Assembly (NCBI GenBank): GCA_001600815.1 | Contig: BCKZ01000002.1 | Coordinates: 620,001 to 684,000 of the forward strand | DNA: 64,000 bases | Origin: Alloascoidea hylecoeti | Taxonomy: Eukaryota | Direction of reading: 5' to 3' | Position numbers and translations under genes: made by a program | Part shown: positions 48,269-59,718 of the stretch, piece after piece | How the letters are laid out: the number at the start of each line of letters is the position of its first letter | Numbering within the stretch: the stretch's first letter is position 1 | Notes under the pieces: model-generated | Databases searched by the model: none | Told to the model about the DNA's origin: nothing | Seen by the model: the letters and a program-made list of their open reading frames with translations, nothing else

Positions 48269-49735
48269 TTAATAAATGGAGATTAGATAATCTCCACATA
48301 CGTGCCAAACCGAGGGTGCAAATGTTTTTATCCTGTTTAAACTTATTTTTGAAACTGAACTCTTGTATTCATTTTGAGTTTTTAGTTTTTTGATGTTGTG
48401 TAAAAGAAGGGTTAATAATTCATTTCTTGTATCTTCATACCATTTCTCTAAATCTTCTTCCGAAACATTATCATGAACATGTACCATTACTGATGATAAT
48501 TGATTATGATATAAATTTAATAAACTTATGTTACAAGAAATATCCCAACTTGGTTTACTTGTTGGTAATAATCCCAAATTAATATGTTTTATTGTTCCAA
48601 TTTCAAATTTATTTTCGTTTTCAAAATTTTGAGAAAACATTTCATTTAATCTTTTAAATGCATTTTCATTAGATTCATGAAATACAAATAATCTAACATC
48701 ATGTAATTTTAAATAATCATTTAATTTAAATGATTCATTTTGAGAAATAACTTTAATTGTCCATTTATTTAATTCTGATCCTTTTTTAATTCCTTCAATA
48801 CTCCATGGATTAATTTCCCATCCAAAAACTTTACAATTATTATTATTTTTTAGATAACTAAATGTAAAATATCCAATCCCACAATATAAATCAATAATTA
48901 TATCTTTTTCTTCATTTGATTTAAATTTTAAAATTCGTTCTTTTTCTTTTATATTACCTCTACTAAACATTGTGAAACGTGGTGCCCATACTTGATTAAT
49001 ACCATTTTGAATACTTTTAACCCAAAATGCATTTTGAAAATCTTCAATTGTTGGTGATTCAAACATTGAAGGTGTTGGTTCTGGTCCAAAATCTCCATAT
49101 AATGGTATTAAATTAAACGGTCTTCGCATTATATCTTGTTCAATTATTGGATTGTTTGTTGCTATATGTGTAAATGTTTTAAAAATTGGAAATTTGAAAA
49201 TCATATATTTGAAGAATAATATCTGTTGCTGGGACTCATGTTTATGATCATTGCTTGAATTGAAATATATTTTCCAATCTGATGTTGTGAATGAATTCAA
49301 AGGGAATAAAATCATTGGATCATATAAACTATATCTTTTAGGTATTTGTGATAATAATTTTTTAGTTAATATTAATGAATTATCATTTTCAATAGGATAT
49401 TGTTTAAAAAAATTTATAATTATTGTTTCTAATGTAATTTTATTTGTATCTATATTCACATTTATAATTGATTGATCTTCATCTCTAAATTGATACCATA
49501 TATTCTTCTCTTCTTGTTGTTTTGTTAAATACAAAATTTCACTCGTTTCTAGTTCATTGTTTTTTGTTAAATCAATACTTGAAAGATTTGTAGGTATAAC
49601 AAAAATTGATTTATTTACACTACCATCATTTTGAGTTATGATTTTTCTTGATTTGTCTAATAAATTTTTTGATTCAAGAAGAAGTTTAATAGGTTTGATT
49701 AATTGTGGTTTATCTGTTAAGATATTTATCGCCAT
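48269..49735 (-). CDS. TRM12: tRNA wybutosine biosynthesis aminocarboxypropyltransferase Tyw2
   Basis: PLYGDFG, QNGINQVWAPRFTMFSRGNIKEKERI, DLYCGIGYF, HINLGLLPTS and IKTFAPSVWHVCGD. Confidence 0.93.
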   Translation of the reverse strand: MAINILTDKPQLIKPIKLLLESKNLLDKSRKIITQNDGSVNKSIFVIPTNLSSIDLTKNNELETSEILYLTKQQEEKNIWYQFRDEDQSIINVNIDTNKITLETIIINFFKQYPIENDNSLILTKKLLSQIPKRYSLYDPMILFPLNSFTTSDWKIYFNSSNDHKHESQQQILFFKYMIFKFPIFKTFTHIATNNPIIEQDIMRRPFNLIPLYGDFGPEPTPSMFESPTIEDFQNAFWVKSIQNGINQVWAPRFTMFSRGNIKEKERILKFKSNEEKDIIIDLYCGIGYFTFSYLKNNNNCKVFGWEINPWSIEGIKKGSELNKWTIKVISQNESFKLNDYLKLHDVRLFVFHESNENAFKRLNEMFSQNFENENKFEIGTIKHINLGLLPTSKPSWDISCNISLLNLYHNQLSSVMVHVHDNVSEEDLEKWYEDTRNELLTLLLHNIKKLKTQNEYKSSVSKISLNRIKTFAPSVWHVCGDYLISIY

Positions 49736-51176
49736 TATTAAGTAGATTGATGATCATGAATGAAAAGTTTTGAAAATATTATGATCACGTGATGCATACA
49801 CAGGGCCGTAGGTACATATTCTGAGTGAAACACACGAACTTTGATCAAGTGACACCAACCAACTGTAATAAGAATATTTATTAAATCTGAGTAACTAATA
49901 CAAACAGGTTCGCTGACTGTAGCTGCATTAAAGCAAAAAGTCAATTCCGATAAATAATTCAATTATACACTTTATCGGTAGGTTTCATTCCATTTCCATA
50001 ATTTCTTTGCATTTTCATTTTTGAAGTCTGTACCAACGTGCAAGGCAACAATTGAGACTTGAAAATTTCTCCAATAACTTTGTGTCGATTAATTTAGAAC
50101 TATAGAAAGTTGTGGGGATTAATTAATTATGTAAGCAAGTTAATTGGCCAATTCTTCGAAAACCTAATTAACATATTCCAAAAACTATAATTAATTTTTC
50201 AAGAATTATCATTAATTTTCTGATCTTAAGTTAAAGTTAGCTCGCTTATTTTTAGTGATGATTGGATACAATTGATAGCCTCAAATTAATATTAATTGAA
50301 AACAAAGATACTGCCATTTAGTTTGTAAAAGAAACCCGCACAGCCGATGAAAATCAATTGCGCTCGTCCGCGCTTATATTAATCTTGGATGTGTAATATT
50401 AAATAGATTTTGAAGTAGAAGTTCACCCTGAAGCACTCCCTGTATTTAATTATATGGTGGATAGGCATTGGGCTGGGTCACTTTGCCATTCCATATATAA
50501 TATGATCATGAATCATGATGACATTGACCACTTCCAAATTGTTCCAATTGCAGTTGAAAGCTTCAACAATAGATTTTATTATAATTATAAACACAAACGT
50601 ATATGCATATTTGGTTAATCCATCATCATACTCCCTCGAAGCCCCATTAACTACACCTCATGACTATTTAATGTAGTATCCATACATAACTAGAGAGTGC
50701 GAATCTGAATAAAATCAATTGTCTATGTCAGTTATATCCAAGGAAGTTTATACACGATCTACGCAGATTCTACGTTTTATCTGTCATAACTACCATTAAT
50801 ATTAATAATATTGTTCTTACATCGGCACCATTCATATATTTTAAGAGCCATATGATCATCAAGATCATGAGTCAATTAAGCTTAAGTGAGAAATAAATTT
50901 AAGCTATTAATATTAAGTTCATGCAATGTAATTATTTAATACTATGTTAATACAACAATTCAAAACCTTCGATCGAACTTAAAATATATACACCATTTAT
51001 AGAAGTTTGAGAAGGGAGAGGACAACCGCATTTAGCTAAACATTGAATATAGCACCTAACCCATGTAAAAAGTGGGGCTCGATGAGAATCAGGCAATTAA
51101 TGTAATTGTAAGAATATATAAATAAGAGAGGAATTGTCTTAAATTTCAAACTCTTCTTAGTTCTGTACAACAAAAC

Positions 51177-51755
51177 ATGACACAATCTCAAGAAATTAGA
51201 ACACCAATAAAGTATACCTCAATTGTTCAAGTTCAAATAAATAAGAGCGATGATGGAAGTAAATCAAATTCTCTAAATATAATTCGTGATATTAAAAAAG
51301 GTGAATCAATTTTGAGTTTAGTTGGTGAAGATTTCATAATATCTCCAAACGAAATTTTCTCAGTACCAAACTTCAGAACTGTTCAAGTTAGAGATGATGT
51401 TCATATTCTTCTTGATTCAGAATTCGAATATATGAATCATTCATGTAATCCTTCGGTTAAAATTGTTATTACCGATTCGTTATCCGATGATAAAAAATCA
51501 GGGTTCATAAAAATTGATTATATTGCATTAAAGGATCTTCATAAAAATGATGAATTGGCTTTCTTTTATCCATCAACTGAGTGGGCAATGGATGAACCTT
51601 TCAATTGCTGGTGTGGTGATTCAAAATGTTGTAAAGAGATTAAAGGGGCAAAATATCTTAAATTTCAGAACGATCAATTGGAATCGATTATTGCCAATTG
51701 GGGATTTAGTGACTTTATTGTTAAAAAACTTAAGACATTGAAATCGATCAATTGA
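51177..51755 (+). CDS. Small stand-alone SET-domain protein with post-SET cysteines
   Basis: MNHSCNPS, DELAFFYPSTEW and FNCWCGDSKC; TATATAAA about 60 bp upstream. Confidence 0.85.
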   Translation: MTQSQEIRTPIKYTSIVQVQINKSDDGSKSNSLNIIRDIKKGESILSLVGEDFIISPNEIFSVPNFRTVQVRDDVHILLDSEFEYMNHSCNPSVKIVITDSLSDDKKSGFIKIDYIALKDLHKNDELAFFYPSTEWAMDEPFNCWCGDSKCCKEIKGAKYLKFQNDQLESIIANWGFSDFIVKKLKTLKSIN

Positions 51756-52036
51756 TTTTGTGCTACTTCATTATTGCTACAGATCCCGGTAGTTTAACAC
51801 CTCAGGTCTTGCAAACATAGACGTCAACTACATCTGAATTTGAGATGGAGAGATCGAGTACATATAACTTATATAGACTATAGCGCTGTTATAACTATAG
51901 ATGTAAAATTTAAAGGATTGCAGTTGTTTTAAAGATTTATTTTCTTCAAATTTCAAATCAATTATAATAAATAGCGATGTCGACGTGTAGTTTATGTTAT
52001 AATTATAATCTTAAGAATAAATTTAAATCGCATTAT

Positions 52037-52383
52037 CGTTATTCCACTTAATTTCGGCCAGCTTTGAATTAAGTAATATATTTGATCCATATATATATAT
52101 GTATCATGGTGTATCAGCCACGTGTTGCACTAATGTTAGGCCATGTTGAATTCGAATTCAACGTAATTGACCAAATAATCGTCGAAGAATTCGGCCACAT
52201 TATGCCACCATCAGAACCAACGGAGTTAACTTATTAACTATGGCGCAAATCTAGAGAGTACTGTGTTAAGGTTATTACTAAAGGTGAATGCAAGTGGAGT
52301 AAAACAACTCGAAAGAAAGCAATACAAGACCGAGTATAGTTCATTAGATCATGTTCAGATGGCCTAAATTAAGTGGAATGACC
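52037..52383. mobile_element. Non-autonomous pogo/Fot1-like derivative or MITE (copy B)
   Basis: TIRs CGTTATTCCACTTAATTTCGGCCA (52037-52060) and TGGCCTAAATTAAGTGGAATGAC (52360-52382); shares ATGGCCTAAATTAAGTG with the right end of copy A. Confidence 0.75.
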
Positions 52384-52693
52384 TAATTAATTGTAAAATT
52401 ATACAGACCAAGAATTATCCCTGAATCTTACGATGTAGTTCGCATAATTTACTTGAGCTTAATTAGCAGAAAATAGCGAAATACAAGACAGTTCGACACC
52501 ATGAACAATTCGTTATAACGTTCAATTCGAAAGCTGTAACTGATTAATTCAATTACCAACCAATCATACAGTGCGTTTCATGCTAATTTCAACTCGTTAA
52601 CCCGGAGACAAATTATCTGCAAAACATTAAAATATGTGATTGCTTGACAGTGTAACTTGACAGTAACACCCAAACTTCTAGGAGGAGAGCCAT

Positions 52694-52833
52694 TTAATAT
52701 TCGACAAAATATTGGATAAATATTCGACAGAATGTCCTTATCATTATCTTCTGCAAGAGTGAAAAGTTGAGAACGGAGGAGCAGAAAACCGAGGCTAGGA
52801 CTGATAAAATAATGAAAATATGTCGAATATTAA
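52694..52833. repeat. 13-bp perfect inverted repeat bounding a 140-bp segment (MITE-like)
   Basis: TTAATATTCGACA (52694-52706) and TGTCGAATATTAA (52821-52833), plus an internal direct copy AATATTCGACA at 52719. Confidence 0.45.
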
Positions 52834-53982
52834 TCGTTCTTTGACAGATCGTTTGTTTTTATAATTATGTTAACTAAATGGCCATGGTTTGATCCAGTTT
52901 TCAAAATTGATCAGAAACAGCGTATTAATTATGGATTGTGGTGAACGAACACAATTGGACTTAAGTAATGAACAATTCTGGTTTTTATTTTGATTAGTTT
53001 CATTGTAATTTAGATTACCGGTATGGAATTGATATAATGGTAATAAGTTACTTCACATTCTAAAATAAAAAGATAAGATATCGATATCAATAATTATCAT
53101 CACAATTATCAGTTTTAGTTTTATCTACATACTTTATGTGAATCCAGGTTATATCTTTATCTTTATCTTGGTTATCTCAAGCACTAGGTATGTTAGTTGA
53201 GCGTACTATCATACTTTTTCCAGTATCTAATTATGATATAACATAAGTACTTAAACAATATAACATAGCGCTAATATGTATTATTAGCTTATATAATTAT
53301 AATTATTGCATATTTCCTCGCCCATGATGATAATCACTTTTCCGCGTGGGGTCTATTACTCAACATCTTGGCCTCGGTATATGGCACGTTTTTATTCGAG
53401 GATCATGTCTTGTAGTGTGTTCTTTTTGTGTTACTTAGCTAGTAGGCCTGGGTCCAAGTAGAAGAAGCTCAGATTAACGTTCGATCTAGGTTGATGATAT
53501 TATATAGCTGGGAAAAGTCGGACATGGTGGATAAGGGATTATTTCATGAAGATCCTAATAAATCAACTTGCACTCGATGCATTAATATTGTTTCCAGCTC
53601 TTACAAGAATTTTTTACAACAAATTCTAAAAATTCCCTTACAGTCTCTTACAAGTGACGTCATTCCTGGGGTCGAGGGTTTGATCCTACTCATTCCAAAA
53701 ATACAATTTCTATATATTGTTTAATAGAAGAACGACGCCATCTTCATCGCATATTTATATTTAAATTTATATTTAGATATGCGATATCTTATATAATTAT
53801 ATACGGTTTTCCTTTTTCGCTTTCTGAAGCTTCTTCCCCGCTGTTGGAAATGCAATTAGCTGATCTTGAATATTCGTATGTGCATAATTCTGTTATTTGG
53901 ACATCAATATAAATATCCCTCATCTAGCTAGCAACCCCATAGCCAGTGAAAAATAGCTATAGCTAGTACTATCAAATAAGAT

Positions 53983-55167
53983 ATGTTACGAATTTTATCA
54001 CAAACTATAAAAGTGAAGGCTTTCGCCCCTTTGACTCCCGCTCGTTCTACGTTTAGTACTACATCAATAATTCGCACAATGTCTGTTGCCAACCTAAAAG
54101 ATTTAAAAACAACTGTTAACCCATCTCTTGTCCTTAAACAGGCCCATGAGATCGTCTTTGAAGACCGTCCAATCCCAACTCTACCAGATCCACATTATGT
54201 CAAGTTAAATATCAAGAAGACTGGTATCTGTGGTTCAGATGTTCACTATTTCACCCATGGTTCAATTGGTAACTTTATTGTTAAGGATCCTATGGTTTTA
54301 GGTCACGAATCAGCTGGTATTGTAACCGAAGTTGGTTCTGCTGTTACCTCCTTGAAAGTTGGTGATAAAGTTGCCATTGAACCTGGTATTCCATCAAGAT
54401 ATTCTGACGAGTACAAAGTTGGTAAATATAATTTATGCCCACATATGGCTTTTGCTGCTACCCCACCATACGATGGTACTTTAGCAAGATACTATACTGT
54501 TCCAGAAGATTTTTGTGTCAAGCTTCCAGAAAATGTTTCTTTAGAAGAAGGTGCTATGGCTGAACCACTTTCTGTTGCTGTTCATGTTACAAGATTAGGT
54601 GGTGTTACATTTGGTTCTAAAGTTATTGTATTTGGAGCTGGTCCAATTGGTTTATTGGCAATTGCAACTGCTAAAGCTTATGGTGCTACAGATATCATTG
54701 CAGTTGATATTATTCCATCAAAACTTGAAGTTGCAAAAGAAATGGGAGCAACACATACTTTTATTCCATCAAAGGATGATTCGTCAGAAGTAAGTGCAGA
54801 AAAGATTCAAAAACAAGTTGGTTTTGCTCCAGATATTTGCATTGAAGCTTCGGGTGCTCAACCATCTATTCAAACAGCCGTTCATGTCCTCGCACCAGCC
54901 GGTGTTTTAGTTCAAGCAGGTCAAGGTAGAGATTATGTTAATTTCCCAATCACAATGGTTTCTATTAAAGAGCTTGTGTTAAAGGGATCATTCAGATATT
55001 TCTACGGTGATTATAAGATTGCTGTTGGTTTAATTGCCGAAGGAAAAGTTAATGTTAAGAGAATGATTACTCATAGAGTTAAGTTTGGTGATGCTGTTCA
55101 AGCTTTTGAACTTGTTCGTGATGGAAAAGCAATTAAATGTATTATTGATGGTCCAGAAGATGAGTAA
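53983..55167 (+). CDS. XYL2: NAD-dependent xylitol/sorbitol dehydrogenase (MDR family) with a 32-aa N-terminal extension
   Basis: TGICGSDVHY, VLGHESAG, VAIEPG, YNLCPHMAFAATPP, GAGPIG and GSFRY; second Met at 54079. Confidence 0.93.
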   Translation: MLRILSQTIKVKAFAPLTPARSTFSTTSIIRTMSVANLKDLKTTVNPSLVLKQAHEIVFEDRPIPTLPDPHYVKLNIKKTGICGSDVHYFTHGSIGNFIVKDPMVLGHESAGIVTEVGSAVTSLKVGDKVAIEPGIPSRYSDEYKVGKYNLCPHMAFAATPPYDGTLARYYTVPEDFCVKLPENVSLEEGAMAEPLSVAVHVTRLGGVTFGSKVIVFGAGPIGLLAIATAKAYGATDIIAVDIIPSKLEVAKEMGATHTFIPSKDDSSEVSAEKIQKQVGFAPDICIEASGAQPSIQTAVHVLAPAGVLVQAGQGRDYVNFPITMVSIKELVLKGSFRYFYGDYKIAVGLIAEGKVNVKRMITHRVKFGDAVQAFELVRDGKAIKCIIDGPEDE

Positions 55168-55989
55168 ATGTAAATACTTATTTATAAATATATCTTTATT
55201 TAGAAGTTTATACCTATAGTTTATGATATATTATGTTTGTGAACCTTTTTAATTAATATCACATCAGTTAGGTAAATTCGTCAAATCAGTGGATGTTAAT
55301 TCGACTATTTTATATTTCGCAACATGATTCGATCATAGTTAAGTACTGCCATCCAACTTATCCAACCTGCCCGTGCATACGGACCTTCCCCGACATTCTT
55401 TTGAGATCGTTGACACTAGCCACTAACAGCGCTGAATGACTTATTAAGGACAATAGCGGATAGATGAATGGCAGGTAACATTGGTTATTATACTTTTAAT
55501 GAGTTGTGCTCAGGCTATCAAAACAATTCAAGTATTGAGCTTTTCCTTGATCAGCAGAGCATATATGCAACAATTATGCACTTGGACGTGCATAAATGCC
55601 AAATTAGGCGATATATTGAAAGTTTTTTATATGCATGCCATGTATGTTATGCATTCCCATATACAGTAATTATGCATTTATGCGGATCTATATAAGGTAG
55701 TTATGTATATGTGTATATCCAAATAAGGTAGTTATTCTTTTATGGAAGATTTACACAGTTTGAACCACTATTTTTTTAAAACAGCCTTCCAAAAACCGTT
55801 TATAACTAGTCACTAAATACCTAACAAGACCTCAAACTGTTCTTAAAGTAATTCATAATGTTCCGTACTAAAGATTCTATCAGACTATATATAATAAAAT
55901 GACATTTCAAAGTTAGTATTAGTGTTGGCACCCTTCACGCCATAGACGGTTAGCATCCACCCTACAAGGCATAGAGTCAATCAGATTAT

Positions 55990-56930
55990 CAATGGTATCC
56001 TGATTCATGAGGCCTCAATAATTTGAAAAAGGCAAAAATATTAAGTCTTTCCTCACTTCCACAAAATATATAAGTGAATACTGGTAATTCCTGGATTGAT
56101 ATGCGCTTTTATAAAGAAATTCAAAAAGCTCTCAATTGGATTCAGGTCCGGTGAAAAGAGCGGTCACTTTAACACCTCTATCTCCTTCTCACAAAATCAA
56201 CTTATCGTGATTCCAGCTTTATGGATAGGTATGCTATCCAGCTTGACTATGGCGCCCTTATCAATCTATTCAAAGGCCATTTCCTGAAGTTCTATCCAGG
56301 TGCCTTTCTTCTGCCATTAGTGGTTCCGACCACTATATACAGTTAAGTACAGCCTCCTTTCCAAATTTCAGTCTATACATATGACTCAAAGATTCAAACT
56401 TCTATATGCTATAAGTATTTTTGATTCGAAGACTTGGTGTGACTTGTGAACAATGTGAAGCATATAATCTTCTAGATCCGATTTCTGTAACGAGTAAACA
56501 TTCATCACTAAATACAACGGGATCTCAAATGCCCTGAGACCATTCCAATTGCAATATATCTTTAAATTATATAAATCTCTTCCATTTGTTCTTCTCATTC
56601 AAATAAGACCTTTTACATAACGAAAATATTCCATATTGATCTTTTTATACAAGGGTTCTTATGTGATCTTTGAAAATACAATATTGAACTTTGAAGTCAT
56701 CTTCTCAGACGTACAAGGAGGAAGGGGTTTCAATCTTCAGAATTTGATTCAATGCCCTTTCAGAAAGTGTTTTTAGGCTTTCCTAAGAAGGTTTTACACC
56801 AGAGGTTATCGCTATATTTATTTACGGTGAACCGCACAGGAATATTAAGCCTTTTTACTCATATTGCAAATTTTAAATCGCTTAGGTCGTCACAGATGGT
56901 TTTTAGAATTAGAATTACGTGAAATTTCGC
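55990..56930 (-). mobile_element. Degenerate Tc1/mariner (DDE) transposase remnant
   Basis: Minus strand ~56235-56130 reads LDSIPIHKA...EIEVLK*PLFSPDLNPIE, matching the Tc1 DNAPxH...WPxxSPDLNPIE catalytic motif; many stops; boundaries approximate and TIRs not found. Confidence 0.8.
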
Positions 56931-58745
56931 TTAACGGAATCTCGAAGTTATTCTATATATATTTAAAAATATGGGGTTTAGGATGGTGGTCTAGTGTTAT
57001 GGCGCCTAGGGGCCGGTTCTCTGGTACCGTAACTTTTTCGACACTTTAAAATCATCCGTTCAAGTTTCCGTAAACATTAATTCCATTTCAGTTTGGTGGT
57101 GTGATTCACTAATTTTTCGGCCATGCTGATCACAAATTATCGGACGCCCCCTTTGCTTATTTTTGGACGCCTATACGTTTCTTCTAGATTTTCAGTTTAT
57201 AGATATTCCAGGACCTTTCGTAACCGTTTCCTAAACGATTTTATAAGGGGGTAGACGATGATGGAGCAAGTTATCATGGTATGGTTCTGATAATTAGTTA
57301 AACATGTGGCCTCAATTAAGTAGAAGTTAGAAATGGTTTACTTATAATGATCATGATCATGATGTTTTCTGGATAAATGTTCTTTGCATGATTTTTCCGG
57401 GGATATAGCATACACGATGCACACAATACAACACATCTAGTATTATAATTAAATGGTATTGGATCTGGAAGAACACATAAATGATAGCTATATCCTATAA
57501 TAATTATAGACAACACAACTAGTCACCAGTTTTAAAACTTAAGAGTCAGTCTTCGTCCGTATTAATTCCAATTAGGGAGTACTATACTGTAGTAACATAA
57601 GAAAATGGTCATGGGTTAGGACATAAAACAGTCTAAATTTTATCCCGAAAATATATCTATATTTTATATCACTATATCTTTAAATATGTAAAGCTTAATT
57701 ATAAAGTTACTGAGAAATCTTCGGATCAAAATTCCGATAGTCGTTGTATTAATTTTATAAAATTATAAGTTCTTATATTATTTATTATGATAATGTAAGT
57801 GACTTTATTTTGTATATTAACGTGTGTTAATTTCTCCAGTTCCGTTAATTTTGCATGTGGGGAATGCGGGTCATTAACTGGAGAAATTCTTATATAATCA
57901 AGATATACTTTTTTCCACTCATTCAGTTGGTATTATATATTGGAACAATAATATTATACCCTTTAAGCTTTTAACTGAAATTGGCCGTGGGATAGGGCCT
58001 CTTTTGATTTATAGTATGCGTATTGATTCGGTGGTCTACAGTCAGGTATATAGCCCTAATTATCCTTATAACTATGATATTAGCTATTTCAGTTGGACTC
58101 TGGAACAACACAAATACTCATACGGAAAATTGTAAAAGCCGGATCCAATATTTATGATTTTCGTTATATAGAAATTATAATATACGGATCTACCGCGGGA
58201 TCACACATTTCTGAATCATGGTTAGTTAATTATAATGTTATACGTCTATGGCCCTATGGTATCTTCCACTTCATCCGAACATATACTGAATCGCATATTT
58301 TTGTAACTATAACTAGTACTGTGTTCATCTTACTAAAATTAATTCAGCCTAAACCTTTAAGTTAATTTCTAACATATGTATACATGTATTACCAATATAA
58401 GGTACCTTAATAACTTATTTATGGTTAACGTTGTATTATTCAGTTGGAAAAACATAGTTATATCATATATAAATTTATAATTATAATTCAAGCCATATTC
58501 ATAATATTGTAATAAAGTTTTTTAATACTATACATAGGGCGTAAAACTATTAGCCTGACTTTATGTTCAATTTAAATATTAGCATTTGATCTTATTATCA
58601 TAATTGAAATTGCAATATTAAAGTGAATATACTGTTTAAAAAAAATCTCGAGCTTATTGATATAGTTATTAGTAATATATCATGATTGTATGCATCTGCT
58701 AAGTTGCTAGCTATATAAGATTACTAGATATAAGCCTATAGTATA

Positions 58746-58901
58746 GGGTAGTGTATGTACCAACCGCGAGTTCAAAAAATCATCTCGAAATTCCATGCCA
58801 CGCCCCGTAAAACCTAACTTCTTACCCTGCCCCATGCAAAAATGGCTAGAAACTGAGAAAAGCTTAAAAGTTAGAAGACGCGGTTGGTACGTAACTTACC
58901 C
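58746..58901. mobile_element. MITE with about 28-bp TIRs and TA target-site duplication
   Basis: TA|GGGTAGTGTATGTACCAACCGCGAGTTC ... GAAGACGCGGTTGGTACGTAACTTACCC|TA. Confidence 0.8.
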
Positions 58902-59718
58902 TAGATTAATGCTTCTAGCTATCTAATTAACAGTGTTAGTATTTTTATACACATCATGATATCGATATCGGAGGAAACACTATAACTTTAATGCAAGTTT
59001 AATGCTGAATATAGCGATAGCTATAAATATATCAAATATTAAAAATCGTTATTGAAATTCAGGGTACTCGTACACAAAACATTCATGCATATACCCCAGA
59101 AAATATGTGTGTCGTTGTAGTTAGGTTATACTGTAATTATATTTATGGCTAAATATTGTTTTACCGAACACTTTTTCCGATATGATAATTGCATTATTTA
59201 TTATGTGTTGTTAACAATTCACGTCTATTATATAATACCAATCTAACCGAACTTTGAGATTACGATATAACTACCAGCTACAATCGAACATTAATGCAGG
59301 GTACCAATATTGGTAGCTTTAGAAGTTGGAGTATGCATATTACAATACGCAGTCAAAGACTTTCATATGTGGATATAAATCATATTTATATTCCTTATAA
59401 TGATGACACACAGTTTTAATTATAATAAGAATAAAATACCAGCCTACAACTGAGAGGCTTCATTCAAGAGGCTCCAACCGATTAAACAAGGAAACCTTTC
59501 CCCGGATTATCCTTTGATTTTCCCGTGGTGTTATATATTTTCTATTCGTTGTAATTAATTGAAACTGATGCTTATACCCATCAATATTAATACTATAAAA
59601 GCCCTCTCTTGGAACCTTTTTGTTACTTCCAGTTGTTCAAGTTATATTTTCACATTTCCTAGGAGTTATATTACTCTTCTATTTTCCCCACTATATATAA
59701 CTTTCTATATTGATATAA

